From Candidatus Geothermarchaeota archaeon (lineage in GTDB: Archaea; Thermoproteota; Nitrososphaeria; Geothermarchaeales; JDFR-13): a DNA stretch of 64,000 nt. The notes beneath the pieces are model-generated. The model was not told where the DNA came from and searched no databases. It saw nothing but the letters and a program-made list of their open reading frames with translations. This document shows positions 18,671 through 28,595 of the stretch, piece by piece. The DNA is taken from NCBI GenBank assembly GCA_015523605.1, contig WAKC01000025.1:10157-74156 (forward strand), in the 5' to 3' direction. The position numbers and the translations under genes are program-made. Each line of letters starts with the position of its first letter. Within the stretch, counting starts at the first letter, position 1.

Positions 18671-19789
18671 CTATATAATTGTATATGCCTTATTCAATTT
18701 AGTCAATACCCTGGCTCCAGACTTATCAACGTAAACCATATCCTCTATACGGACGCCACCCAACCCATGTATATAGATACCCGGTTCAACGGTTAATACC
18801 ATACCCTCCTCAACAACAGTATCATCAGTCTTGGATAGACGTGGGGGTTCGTGAACCTCGAGACCTATTCCATGCCCAGTAGAATGAATAAAATATTTAC
18901 CGTAACCAGCATCCTCGATAATCTTACGTGCCACTGCATCGACCTCAGATGTCTTCACACCCGGCTCTACAGCCTCAACCGCAGCTACCTGAGCCTCCAA
19001 AACAATCTCATAAATCTTCTTAAGCTCATTCTTAGGCTCTCCAAGAAATACAGTCCTAGTCTCATCACCGAAATAACCGTTTATAGATGCGACGAAATCG
19101 AAGGTTATCGGATCTCCCTCTTCAAGCTTCTTATTTGAGGCTCTCCAATGTGGATTAGCCGAGTTAAGACCACTGGCGACGATTAGAAAGTCAAATACAC
19201 GGTCAGCACCGTATTTAAACATCTCACATTTGACTGTATCCGCAATCTCCTTCTCGGTGACACCCTCTTTAGAGATGGTTATAGCCTTATGAATCCCGAA
19301 GTCAACAAGCTCACCGGATTTAACCATAATATCCAACTCAAACCTAGTCTTAATCTTCCTAGCCCTCCAAAGATATTCAGTAGCATCAACCACTTCTCTA
19401 CCTAGGGCTTCAGATATCTGCATGTATTGTCTGTGAGTCACCTTATCATATGGAATTCCTACCCTACCCTCTGTTAAGACCTTGGATAATGCATCATATA
19501 GGTTTTCCCCCCTTACAGTCTCATAGCCTCCATCATACTCCGTCTGGGGCCTTAGATACACATAAATATTATCTAACCAGGTAACTTGAGAAGCTCTTTC
19601 AGCCTCCATTATATTTACCAACCCATTTACAGTACCCTCTTTCACATCCAGAAACACGAGGGAATAGTCTATCGTGTTCCCAGCTAAATACTTTATATTG
19701 ATATCGTCAAGGACAACTAGATAATCTATCCCCGCCTCCTCAAGAATCCCAGACAACTTTTTAATCCTCTCGATATCCCTCCTTACCAA
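18671..19789 (-). CDS. M24-family Xaa-Pro aminopeptidase/dipeptidase
   Basis: Pita-bread motifs FDFVASINGYFGDETRT and HSTGHGIGLEVHEPP ... VEPGIY ... RIEDMV. The start codon appears to be TTG. Confidence 0.88.
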   Translation of the reverse strand: MVRRDIERIKKLSGILEEAGIDYLVVLDDINIKYLAGNTIDYSLVFLDVKEGTVNGLVNIMEAERASQVTWLDNIYVYLRPQTEYDGGYETVRGENLYDALSKVLTEGRVGIPYDKVTHRQYMQISEALGREVVDATEYLWRARKIKTRFELDIMVKSGELVDFGIHKAITISKEGVTEKEIADTVKCEMFKYGADRVFDFLIVASGLNSANPHWRASNKKLEEGDPITFDFVASINGYFGDETRTVFLGEPKNELKKIYEIVLEAQVAAVEAVEPGVKTSEVDAVARKIIEDAGYGKYFIHSTGHGIGLEVHEPPRLSKTDDTVVEEGMVLTVEPGIYIHGLGGVRIEDMVYVDKSGARVLTKLNKAYTII

Positions 19790-19841
19790 GTAGGATCACC
19801 CTCTAAAATTATATCTTGACAATACATCCTTAATTATTTAC

Positions 19842-20165
19842 ATGCAACTCAGGAATCTACAGAAGAATATCTATGATATGTATATCCATCACGATAGGAA
19901 GAGGGGAGTAGATAAGACCTTAGATTGGTTATTAACAGAAGTCTATGAATTATATGTGGCCGTAAAAGAGGGTGGAGACGTGAGTGCTGAGGCATCAGAC
20001 GTCTTAGCCTGGCTTCTAAGCCTATGTAACCTATTGAACATCGATTTGGAGAGGGAGTTTATCAATAAATATGGCGATAAATGCCCGAAATGTGGTTGGA
20101 ATCCCTGTAAATGCGGGTATAGGGAATATCCCAATAAAAAGGTTAGGATAACTAGAACCCAGTAG
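19842..20165 (+). CDS. MazG-like nucleotide pyrophosphohydrolase domain protein with C-terminal Cys cluster
   Basis: Four-helix MazG pattern (LLTEVYELYVAVKE ... EASDVLAWLLSLCNLLNIDLE), followed by CPKCGWNPCKC. Confidence 0.65.
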   Translation: MQLRNLQKNIYDMYIHHDRKRGVDKTLDWLLTEVYELYVAVKEGGDVSAEASDVLAWLLSLCNLLNIDLEREFINKYGDKCPKCGWNPCKCGYREYPNKKVRITRTQ

Positions 20166-21531
20166 TTACTTCAACATCTTTTAATGCGACGAATCCGACT
20201 TTACTTGGTATCCATACATCCCATGGCTGGACCCACTCCTCAGCTTTAGAGGCAAACATAACCTTCGATACAAGGTCTCTGATTGTTAGAGAGAGTCTGG
20301 CACCTGTAAAGCCTCCCTTAACCTTACCATTATCAATATAGAACCCTACATCCCTCTGTAATGTGGACATCGTACCCAGACGGAAGTTTGCAAATCTAGT
20401 ATACCAGACATTAGATATGTATATACCTTCATCCAACTCCTTAAACACCTCCTCTGGATCTGTATTAACCGGCGACTTGACCTCAAACACCAAGGGATAT
20501 GGGAACGGCGATATAATCCCAGCATGACCATTCGATTCCCTATCAAGTTTCTTTGCGGTTAAAGTATTTAGGGCAAGGTCGTTAAACACTCCATCAACAA
20601 AATACTCTGTCTTACCGGTTTCAACACCTTCTTCATCAAAACATGTAGCGTCTAGAGATCCCTCCATCCTAGGATTGTCATATACATATACATCCTTAGA
20701 GGCTATCTCCTCACCTAATAATCCTGATAAGGAGGACATATTCCTTATGTAGGAGTATCCTGAGAGCATGTAACCAAGATAGTTCACCAGATTTGCATAG
20801 GATTGTGGGGAAAATACTACGTTGTAGATACCCTCATCAACAGGTGTTACATATTCCACCATACCTAACATATTGTCAATATTATCTAGCAAGTTTGGTA
20901 CATCTTCTGGCTTCAGATTAACACCTACCTTAACATCTGTATAACTCACCTCTTTATCCTTAAAACCACGTACCCTCACTAGGAAATCTGAGTTCTTCAT
21001 CTCCCCCCTCACACCATATGAAGTCACAATAAAATGTTTCTCCGCTTCAGCTGAGAATATACCGCTTAACCGTTTGGCATTCCTACCCTCGTAGGATAAT
21101 AGATTCTCTACGAATTTGAGATGTATATCTTCATTAAACACTTCATCCGAAAAGGTATTTGGTATAAGTTCATAATAGTCTCTCGAAATGTCTGGAGGAG
21201 TATATCTCTCCTCAGTAGGAGTACTTACCTCATAGAGCTTCCTAAGCTCCTCCACAACATCATTAACCTCCCGAGTAGATACATTGGTTATCTTCTGAGT
21301 TAGATATTTATCACCCTTGGCTACAAAGACCTCAATAAAGTCTGAAAACATCGTCTTCACAAGATCGAGCTTAGTATTAGAGAATCGATAACGAGTGGCA
21401 TATTGGATATACCCGTTTAAAATCACTGTTTCGAAGTATTCAGACAACTTCTTATTAAGTTTATCCAGATACTCCTCAAGATATATACCCTCAAAACTCT
21501 TTCTTATCATCTCACCCTCCATATTAATCAC
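20152..21531 (-). CDS. pmbA: PmbA/TldE-family metalloprotease partner
   Basis: Has PmbA_TldD family length and C-terminal pattern but no HExxxH. It overlaps tldD by 8 nt. Confidence 0.8.
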   Translation of the reverse strand: MINMEGEMIRKSFEGIYLEEYLDKLNKKLSEYFETVILNGYIQYATRYRFSNTKLDLVKTMFSDFIEVFVAKGDKYLTQKITNVSTREVNDVVEELRKLYEVSTPTEERYTPPDISRDYYELIPNTFSDEVFNEDIHLKFVENLLSYEGRNAKRLSGIFSAEAEKHFIVTSYGVRGEMKNSDFLVRVRGFKDKEVSYTDVKVGVNLKPEDVPNLLDNIDNMLGMVEYVTPVDEGIYNVVFSPQSYANLVNYLGYMLSGYSYIRNMSSLSGLLGEEIASKDVYVYDNPRMEGSLDATCFDEEGVETGKTEYFVDGVFNDLALNTLTAKKLDRESNGHAGIISPFPYPLVFEVKSPVNTDPEEVFKELDEGIYISNVWYTRFANFRLGTMSTLQRDVGFYIDNGKVKGGFTGARLSLTIRDLVSKVMFASKAEEWVQPWDVWIPSKVGFVALKDVEVTTGF

Positions 21532-22975
21532 CCCTCCTCCTAATCTTGATACCTTTCAGTAATAGGTCTGGCCCACCCATACTCACAGGCATCGGCTGCA
21601 TCGGATCACCTTTTCCACATGTTCCTGGGTGTAGCCTAACTATGTTAGACCTAGCAGCTAGACTCCCCAGAATCTCCCGAGTCGTCGACTCCAGGACAGG
21701 ATATTTTATTGGGACACCTATCTCCCCATTCTCTATCAGATATGCCTCAAACCCTGTATATCTCTGGTTAATCCTTCTATCATCAATATTCCATTCAGTA
21801 TAATCAACTATATAGATACCATGCCCAGCTTCTTCAAGAAGCTCCTCTAGAGACATGTTACCCTCCTCAAAATATGTGATACCCATTCTAATCAGGGGTT
21901 CGTGATAGAAATTAGCAGCCCTAGAAGCACCATTACTCTTCATATCTATCTTGGAACCTACAAACCTATTAACGAGAAAGGAGTTTACGAATCCATCCTT
22001 GATTAATATACGCTTCTCAACCTTAACACCATCATCGTCGTAGATATAGAATCCATATTCCCCTTCCAATAGAGGATTATCCACAACATAAACTTCTTTA
22101 GAACCTATTCTACTATTTATGGACCCATAATCTAGGTATGACTCACCCGCCTGACCACCCTCCATACCCAGGATCCTATCAAGTTCAAAAGGATGGCCGA
22201 CTGCCTCGTGAGCTATAATACCAGCGATCTCGCTGCCGACGACAACGTTAAGCCTGTCCCTTGGAGAGGGGATAGCCTTAGTCAATATATTCTCCATTGC
22301 CTTGACACGTCTCATAACTTCTCCCAAGACAAAGTCGAAATCCAGATATTCCAAACCGGTTGAAGACCCTAGTGAAACGGTCTTAGAGATATACTCTCCA
22401 TTCTTACCTGTCAACGAGATAAATAATATAAGTCTAGGGATCCTGGAACGCACCCTAACCCTATCGGAAGATATAAAATACTTATTTTCAACCCTATACA
22501 TCAGAGAATAATGTCTATTTACTAGATCAACCTTACTCGAATCTTTAACGTGTTTATCCAGATCCTTGACAAGTGAAACTACCTCGTCAATATTATCTTT
22601 AAAGGGGATGTCCTCCCGAACTGTATACTCTACATCAGCCTCAACAATGGGATGCAACTCATATTTCTGATAGGCCTCTCCCAACTTCTCAGATATTGCT
22701 CTGGCGCGGCGCAACATGGAATCAAGTGTCTGATCAACCATCTCCCTACTTGGTAGATTAGGAGAGGAATATATTACAATACCTCTAGAGAAGATTCTCA
22801 AACCTAAACCCTCATCCTGACTATACTCATACGATACAAGCTCACCATTATTGAATATAAGCCTATAAACCTCATTACTATGTACCCTAGCATCTATATA
22901 TTCTAACTCAGGCCCACCACCATATTCAACCGCATAATCGGCAAGCCTGATAAAATCGCTTCCCATCCGCAACAC
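21524..22975 (-). CDS. tldD: TldD-family zinc metalloprotease
   Basis: The HEAVGH motif sits in the TldD position, and the gene is paired with pmbA immediately downstream. Confidence 0.85.
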   Translation of the reverse strand: MLRMGSDFIRLADYAVEYGGGPELEYIDARVHSNEVYRLIFNNGELVSYEYSQDEGLGLRIFSRGIVIYSSPNLPSREMVDQTLDSMLRRARAISEKLGEAYQKYELHPIVEADVEYTVREDIPFKDNIDEVVSLVKDLDKHVKDSSKVDLVNRHYSLMYRVENKYFISSDRVRVRSRIPRLILFISLTGKNGEYISKTVSLGSSTGLEYLDFDFVLGEVMRRVKAMENILTKAIPSPRDRLNVVVGSEIAGIIAHEAVGHPFELDRILGMEGGQAGESYLDYGSINSRIGSKEVYVVDNPLLEGEYGFYIYDDDGVKVEKRILIKDGFVNSFLVNRFVGSKIDMKSNGASRAANFYHEPLIRMGITYFEEGNMSLEELLEEAGHGIYIVDYTEWNIDDRRINQRYTGFEAYLIENGEIGVPIKYPVLESTTREILGSLAARSNIVRLHPGTCGKGDPMQPMPVSMGGPDLLLKGIKIRRRGD

Positions 22976-23026
22976 CTACATCAAAAATATATAGGCTAAA
23001 GAAGTTGATATTAACAGATAATTAAA

Positions 23027-23488
23027 ATGACTGTCGAGAAGATAATCGACGCCATCACCTCACAAAGAGAGACAAAATACTCAAACAAGCTATACACAGG
23101 AGTTCTAGAGAAGATAGCAAGGAGATACTCCTCCGAGCTTATAGATAACTACTTAATAAAAATTGATAGAGTATATCTCGGGAAAAATAATTTTATCAGG
23201 ATTAGAGGGTCAAAAGCTGTCTTTAAAACATGGAACATAGAAACCGCATTCAAAATAAGGAATCTACTACATTCATCGGGCTATAAAAACTCGAAGGTGA
23301 AACCTAGGGGGGACTATTACCTCGTGATTGCCGAAGCTCCCGATAATATACTACTCTCTAATTATTTCATAGATAAGTTGAGAAAGGGAGACGAATATTT
23401 TATTAGGTTAATATCAAAATTTCTAAAAGACATTTTTCTGAGAAACATAAAACGAATAAAATTGCTATTAAAAAATACAAAATTTTAA
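23027..23488 (+). CDS. hypothetical basic protein
   Basis: A 153-aa ORF, K/I/R-rich, with no motif recognised. Confidence 0.4.
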   Translation: MTVEKIIDAITSQRETKYSNKLYTGVLEKIARRYSSELIDNYLIKIDRVYLGKNNFIRIRGSKAVFKTWNIETAFKIRNLLHSSGYKNSKVKPRGDYYLVIAEAPDNILLSNYFIDKLRKGDEYFIRLISKFLKDIFLRNIKRIKLLLKNTKF

Positions 23489-23529
23489 AAATCAGAAAAA
23501 TATCCAGATATATAACGGGGTGATAGAAG

Positions 23530-24060
23530 ATGAGGTTCGAAGATGAATTTTTCGATGAGATTGATAGGCTGTTCAAGGAGGAGATGAGGAGGATTAGAAA
23601 ACTGATAACAGAGCTTACAAGGATAAGAGTGAATGATCTGAAGGAACTTGAGAGGAGGGGAGAGCCCATAGTATTCGGATTCTCATATAGATGGCACAGT
23701 GGTATGGAGAAGCCTGAGATAAAGTTCTTCGGAAATGTAAAGCCTCAGCAACCATTCGGTGTAAAAGTGGATGACACAGTTACACCTGTATACGACATTA
23801 TTGATAGGGGGGATCACTACGAAATAATAATTGAATTGGCTGGTGCAAGGAAGGAGGATATAAATATTGAGATGAAGGATAGGACACTACATATCACAGC
23901 AAATACGAAGTATAAGAAGTATAAGCATAGCATTACACTGCCAGCGGACGCCTCAACAACTGATGTCAAGGCGAAGCTAAACAATGGCATACTAGTAGTT
24001 ACGTTGAAGAAGAAGGTAGACGGAGGAGCCAAGAAAATCCAGGTAGAGGAGGAGGATTAA
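23530..24060 (+). CDS. small heat-shock protein (Hsp20/alpha-crystallin domain)
   Basis: The C-terminal ACD pattern reads DIIDRGDHYEIIIELAGARKEDINIEMKDRTLHI ... KAKLNNGILVVTLKK. Confidence 0.88.
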   Translation: MRFEDEFFDEIDRLFKEEMRRIRKLITELTRIRVNDLKELERRGEPIVFGFSYRWHSGMEKPEIKFFGNVKPQQPFGVKVDDTVTPVYDIIDRGDHYEIIIELAGARKEDINIEMKDRTLHITANTKYKKYKHSITLPADASTTDVKAKLNNGILVVTLKKKVDGGAKKIQVEEED

Positions 24061-24620
24061 GGCTTAAACCATTTAAACAACACATACCTTATTTTTTTAC
24101 CATCCACAATTGCATATATAAATCTCTTCCTAACAGATGTTGCTAGTCTACCTGCCCTAACAAGCTCATCCCCACTTACCTTACTACCCGCTTTTATAAC
24201 ATCTACTAGGAAGGGGGCATGCTCCAAACCCGGTCCCTTCCGATATACTGCAAAATCTACACCAAACTTAAGCCCCGAAATAACAACAAATCCCCTATCC
24301 CTCAGATCCTTATAAACGAGATATCGAAGGTCGAAATCCACATAGTTTTTACGTGCAACATTCAACAGATCATCCCTAGACAACTCACTACCATTATCAT
24401 ATACCTTTAGAATGCCCTTCTCCATCAGATATAAAGCTTCTAAAAGATCTAGAATAAGGGGCTTATCAAAATCGGGTTCTCTCGGTTTAGCTATACCCAG
24501 AGGTTTACCATAGAAGCCGAGAGACCACAACTCCCTGGAATCTTCAATATCAGGAATAAATACCCTATTACCTACCAACACACCCTTGAATATTTTATCC
24601 ATCAGAATGCACCTATCCAA
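24057..24620 (-). CDS. endA: tRNA-splicing endonuclease subunit (catalytic-type)
   Basis: Shows the EndA C-terminal catalytic domain pattern (YLVYKDLRDRGFVV ... GLKFGVDFAVYRKGPGLEHAPFLVDV). The likely start is the ATG at 24602 (MDKIFKG). Confidence 0.85.
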   Translation of the reverse strand: MDRCILMDKIFKGVLVGNRVFIPDIEDSRELWSLGFYGKPLGIAKPREPDFDKPLILDLLEALYLMEKGILKVYDNGSELSRDDLLNVARKNYVDFDLRYLVYKDLRDRGFVVISGLKFGVDFAVYRKGPGLEHAPFLVDVIKAGSKVSGDELVRAGRLATSVRKRFIYAIVDGKKIRYVLFKWFKP

Positions 24621-24638
24621 TTCGAATCTAATTCTATT

Positions 24639-25286
24639 CTAGAGTAGATGGAGACTCAATAGAATATCACTTACCTTCTTCAACATATCAGCGGCAGTCT
24701 CAAGCCTATTTACAATATCCAGCCACATAATAATCTTTACACTATCCTTCTCCCTATTGAACATCTCAATCAGGGCCTTTCTATGAATAACATCTATCTC
24801 CTCCTCAATCTCACCGATACGTTCAATCGCGCTGGGCAAGGAATTTGGGTTATACCCTAGGAAATATATTGCCTCCCTAAATGCCTCAACCTCCTTATAT
24901 AACCCATTCACAATCTTTCTTATCCATTCAAGAGACCATTTAGGAAGAGAGTTCATATCTAGATTCGCAAGTCTAAAGGCTGCACCATCCATCTCATCCA
25001 CTAGATCGCCGACCAAGGTGATCAACTCATATAGAATGTAGACACTATCGCCTAGAAAGACTTTATACCTGACAATATCATTAACAATACTTTTCTGGAA
25101 TGTATAGATGGAATAGTCAAGCTCCCTTAATGAATTATATGTTTCACCCAATACCTCTGTATTGCCGGATACTAGATTCTCGGTCAGCTTCACAACTCCA
25201 GCACTCATATCCATAACTTTACTTGACAATTCTTGAAGACTAGAAACAATTTGTCTGAATGCCTCCATCTGAGAATCTCTATACAT
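24639..25286 (-). CDS. all-helical protein, possibly DUF47/PhoU-like
   Basis: 215 aa with a predicted helical-bundle composition and a size matching DUF47. No adjacent phosphate transporter is present, so the call is weak. Confidence 0.3.
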   Translation of the reverse strand: MYRDSQMEAFRQIVSSLQELSSKVMDMSAGVVKLTENLVSGNTEVLGETYNSLRELDYSIYTFQKSIVNDIVRYKVFLGDSVYILYELITLVGDLVDEMDGAAFRLANLDMNSLPKWSLEWIRKIVNGLYKEVEAFREAIYFLGYNPNSLPSAIERIGEIEEEIDVIHRKALIEMFNREKDSVKIIMWLDIVNRLETAADMLKKVSDILLSLHLL

Positions 25287-25338
25287 TTCTCAAACCCCTC
25301 AATAACAAAATAATATTATATTGAATATTAATTCCCCC

Positions 25339-26259
25339 TTAATACATCCGCAGGATATTAAGGACCAATAATGGAAGGTAAGAGACTGCATACCTCTTAC
25401 AAATAGTCCTTCTAAGAACTATGTATGTGACTGGATCAACCGTAGAGATGATATAAGCTGTATATGGAAGATGGACATCTAAATATGCCTTGAATAACTG
25501 GGTATAGCCTTCATATAATGGTGCAAATCCAAATCCATATCTATCGCTGGACAACGTCACATGAAACTGGGGTATTAACGTGATATATCGGCTCAAGGAG
25601 ATGAGTTCCCTCCTGTAGAACCTGTAGACACTATTAAGCAAATTAATCTTTAGAACCCCTGTTTTTAAAGGATATACATCACGACGTGTTAGAATGTCGT
25701 TTACCAATTTAGAAGGTGTATCTACTACAAGTCTTACCGTCCTACCAACCATCTCATAAGTATACCTATCCAATACAATTATATCGTCAATCCCCTTAGA
25801 CAAAAGCTTCTTCCAGAAAACCCTCCTCAACTCTCTAAATCCATTTATAGATGCATAAAGATACATCTCTGGAAAACCATTGTATATCGAGATACCCACC
25901 TCAAAACCCAGGTTTTTTAGTCTATCCACTAGGTTGTCAACCATATTTGATAATCCATCAATGCCATATAACACCTTAGGGAGGAGGATATGCTTTACAC
26001 CCTCCTCGACAACCTCAATATCAAATACTCCATCATATTCAAGTACCTCCCTCCAACAACCCTTCATAAATTCATATAAAGATTTACATAGACCACATAG
26101 GTCACACCATTCTACACTCTTTCTATATAAGTCTCGGGATATGACACCCTCCTCAAACAATGTTTTATACGTATAGATCCCCCTAGGGCTTAGAATGCCC
26201 GACTTAAACCTATATAATGGACAATCAACTGAGTACCTGACAAGAGACTCTCTATCCAT
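25339..26259 (-). CDS. uncharacterised protein with N-terminal Cys motifs (possible degenerate Fe-S binding)
   Basis: The N-terminus has DCP...35 aa...CDLCGLCKSLYEFMKGC (Cx2Cx2Cx10C). The remainder is unrecognised. It overlaps the upstream gene by 8 nt. Confidence 0.45.
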   Translation of the reverse strand: MDRESLVRYSVDCPLYRFKSGILSPRGIYTYKTLFEEGVISRDLYRKSVEWCDLCGLCKSLYEFMKGCWREVLEYDGVFDIEVVEEGVKHILLPKVLYGIDGLSNMVDNLVDRLKNLGFEVGISIYNGFPEMYLYASINGFRELRRVFWKKLLSKGIDDIIVLDRYTYEMVGRTVRLVVDTPSKLVNDILTRRDVYPLKTGVLKINLLNSVYRFYRRELISLSRYITLIPQFHVTLSSDRYGFGFAPLYEGYTQLFKAYLDVHLPYTAYIISTVDPVTYIVLRRTICKRYAVSYLPLLVLNILRMY

Positions 26260-27145
26260 AGTATCTAGACCTCCTTATCAATCTACTTAACTGGGAACCA
26301 TCTACTCCCAACGAGATATTGGATGGATGGTGAACAAATAGAATTCCATCAAGACCCTCCCCTCCATATTCACCAAGGTAATAGTCGCCACCTACATGCT
26401 TGACGATAGGGATATCATCAATTGATAGGCTAGATAGCCTAACCGTCTTAAGCCTATTTCTAGAAAGGATACGATATAGAACCTCCTTAAGAGAGCTATA
26501 TTCCACTCTATCATATACTAGGGATACTAGGAAATAAGATGCTCGACCCTCAATTACAGAGAAGGGATTCTTTATCTCCTCCCTCAATTTTAGAATATAT
26601 TCTGCCTCACTCTTTGTAACTCTAGCGATTAGGAGTGATGGATTTATATTCTTTATAGGTTTAGGTCTATCAAAATGGATATCAACTATTATACGGCCAT
26701 CCACCTCATCTAGAGAGGTGTATACCTTTCCATCTCTATTAGAATAAACATGAAGCTTAATATTGCCGTGATCCAAGCCATAAAAGACTGGATAACCTTG
26801 AACCAATAAGCCGCCAATACTTTCCAACGGGTTTGGGGGATAAAACGTTGAAAGAATTCTTCTATGCCTACTCATCGACCTTATCATCTTGAGGTAGGAA
26901 GCCCCAGAATATATCTTTACATATCTACTATCCAACCATCTAATCAGATCATAATTAGAGAACGAGAGTATACACTCTATTCTATCCCGTTCATCATGGA
27001 AGAGCCCTAGTCCATAACCCAAGGGATAAACATCTTTACAACCCTCAACCCTCTTAAAAGAACCATCAAATGCAATCCAATTTTCAACTTGAACCGTTTT
27101 ACCGTTTTGAAGGGTCAGATGAATTGGGAAACTGGATGACGTCAT
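26252..27145 (-). CDS. uncharacterised protein
   Basis: A 297-aa ORF with normal amino-acid composition and no motif recognised. It is translationally coupled to 25339..26259. Confidence 0.5.
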   Translation of the reverse strand: MTSSSFPIHLTLQNGKTVQVENWIAFDGSFKRVEGCKDVYPLGYGLGLFHDERDRIECILSFSNYDLIRWLDSRYVKIYSGASYLKMIRSMSRHRRILSTFYPPNPLESIGGLLVQGYPVFYGLDHGNIKLHVYSNRDGKVYTSLDEVDGRIIVDIHFDRPKPIKNINPSLLIARVTKSEAEYILKLREEIKNPFSVIEGRASYFLVSLVYDRVEYSSLKEVLYRILSRNRLKTVRLSSLSIDDIPIVKHVGGDYYLGEYGGEGLDGILFVHHPSNISLGVDGSQLSRLIRRSRYYG

Positions 27146-27183
27146 CCTCCTACAGAAAATTTTTAATTTTATCTAAGTTATAA

Positions 27184-28548
27184 TTGGAAAATGGGTGTTG
27201 GGAAATGGCGATAAGACCCCTGGATGGAAAATTCGAGAGGATAGGGTTCCACACCCATATCAGGGGATTGGGGGTCAGAAATGGAAAGGCAGAATTTATG
27301 GCCGATGGTATGGTAGGTCAGGTTAAGGCGAGGGAAGCCGCCTACATAGTTGTACAAATGATCAAAAAGGGTAAGATGGCTGGTAGAGCCATTCTACTGG
27401 CAGGCCCACCCGGTACAGGTAAGACTGCTATAGCCCTTGCTATAGCCAAGGAACTAGGTAAAGATGTCCCATTCATCTCGTTGAGCGGAAGTGAGATATA
27501 CTCTACAGAACTAAAGAAGACTGAGATCCTGATGAGAGCTATTAGAAGAGCTATCGGTGTTAGAATTAAAGAGATAAGAGAAGTTATAGAGGGTGAAGTA
27601 AAGAAGATAGAATATAAGATGTCTCCGCACCCATATAATCCGTATCAGCAGATACCCGAAAGCGTTACAATTACCCTTGCAACCGACCAGGAAGAGAGGA
27701 GATTCTCCGCAGGAACCGACGTAGCCATGGCATTCCTGCAGCAGAATATTAGAGAGGGAGATATAGTCCTCATAGATAGAGAGACAGGTAGAACTACAAA
27801 ACTAGGAAGGTCAAAGAATGCACCCAAATCTTTCGATATAGAAGGCGAGGTATATATAGACCCACCGAAGGGTCCAATAATAAAAGAAAGGGAATTCATA
27901 TACACACTCTCACTCCACGACCTAGACCTCAGCAGAGCCAGGAGAGGAGAAAGCGTCCTCTCACTCTTCTTCGGAGGAGAGAGGGAAGAAATAACAAATG
28001 AGATTAGGCAGGAGGTAGATGAGATAGTTAAAAAATGGATAGAAGAGGGGAGAGCCGAGATAATACCTGGAGTTCTATTCATAGACGAGATTCACATGTT
28101 GGATATAGAGGCCTTTGCCTTCCTAAACAGAGCCTTAGAGAGTGAGATGGCACCCATAATAATATTCGCTTCAAATAGAGGAATAACCAAGATAAGAGGA
28201 ACCGAAATTGAGTCTCCACATGGAATACCAATCGATTTTCTAGACAGGATATTAATAATCAGTACAGACCCATATACAGAGAAGGAGATAAGGGAGATTT
28301 TGAAGCTTAAGATTAAGGAGGAGAATATCGAAATAGAGGATGACGCCTTCGAAGAACTAGTTAAACTCGGTGTTGAAAACAGTTTAAGATACTCACTAAT
28401 ACTACTGGGACCCTTAAAGGAGATTGCAGAGTTAAATGGAAACGACAAGATTAAGAAGGAAGACGTGGATAGAGCCGCTAAACTATTCCTAGACTACAGG
28501 AAATCCGCTGAGATAGTAAAGAAATATGAGAAGCTCTTCCTAGTATAG
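27184..28548 (+). CDS. TIP49/RuvB-like (Pontin/Reptin-type) AAA+ ATPase
   Basis: Contains HTHIRGLG, Walker A GPPGTGKTAIALAIAKELG..VPF, then an insertion of about 130 aa (domain II-like) before Walker B VLFIDEIHMLD. This architecture is specific to RuvBL1/2. Confidence 0.9.
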   Translation: MENGCWEMAIRPLDGKFERIGFHTHIRGLGVRNGKAEFMADGMVGQVKAREAAYIVVQMIKKGKMAGRAILLAGPPGTGKTAIALAIAKELGKDVPFISLSGSEIYSTELKKTEILMRAIRRAIGVRIKEIREVIEGEVKKIEYKMSPHPYNPYQQIPESVTITLATDQEERRFSAGTDVAMAFLQQNIREGDIVLIDRETGRTTKLGRSKNAPKSFDIEGEVYIDPPKGPIIKEREFIYTLSLHDLDLSRARRGESVLSLFFGGEREEITNEIRQEVDEIVKKWIEEGRAEIIPGVLFIDEIHMLDIEAFAFLNRALESEMAPIIIFASNRGITKIRGTEIESPHGIPIDFLDRILIISTDPYTEKEIREILKLKIKEENIEIEDDAFEELVKLGVENSLRYSLILLGPLKEIAELNGNDKIKKEDVDRAAKLFLDYRKSAEIVKKYEKLFLV

Positions 28549-28595
28549 AGACCCATAACTCTTTATTTTATCTCTCTCCACACAAAATTCTTTAA

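Noticed and set aside
27645-28448. Two minus-strand ORFs (145 and 118 aa) inside the TIP49 gene.
   Set aside because: They are Ser/Ile/Leu-rich low-complexity antisense shadows of a confidently identified AAA+ gene.
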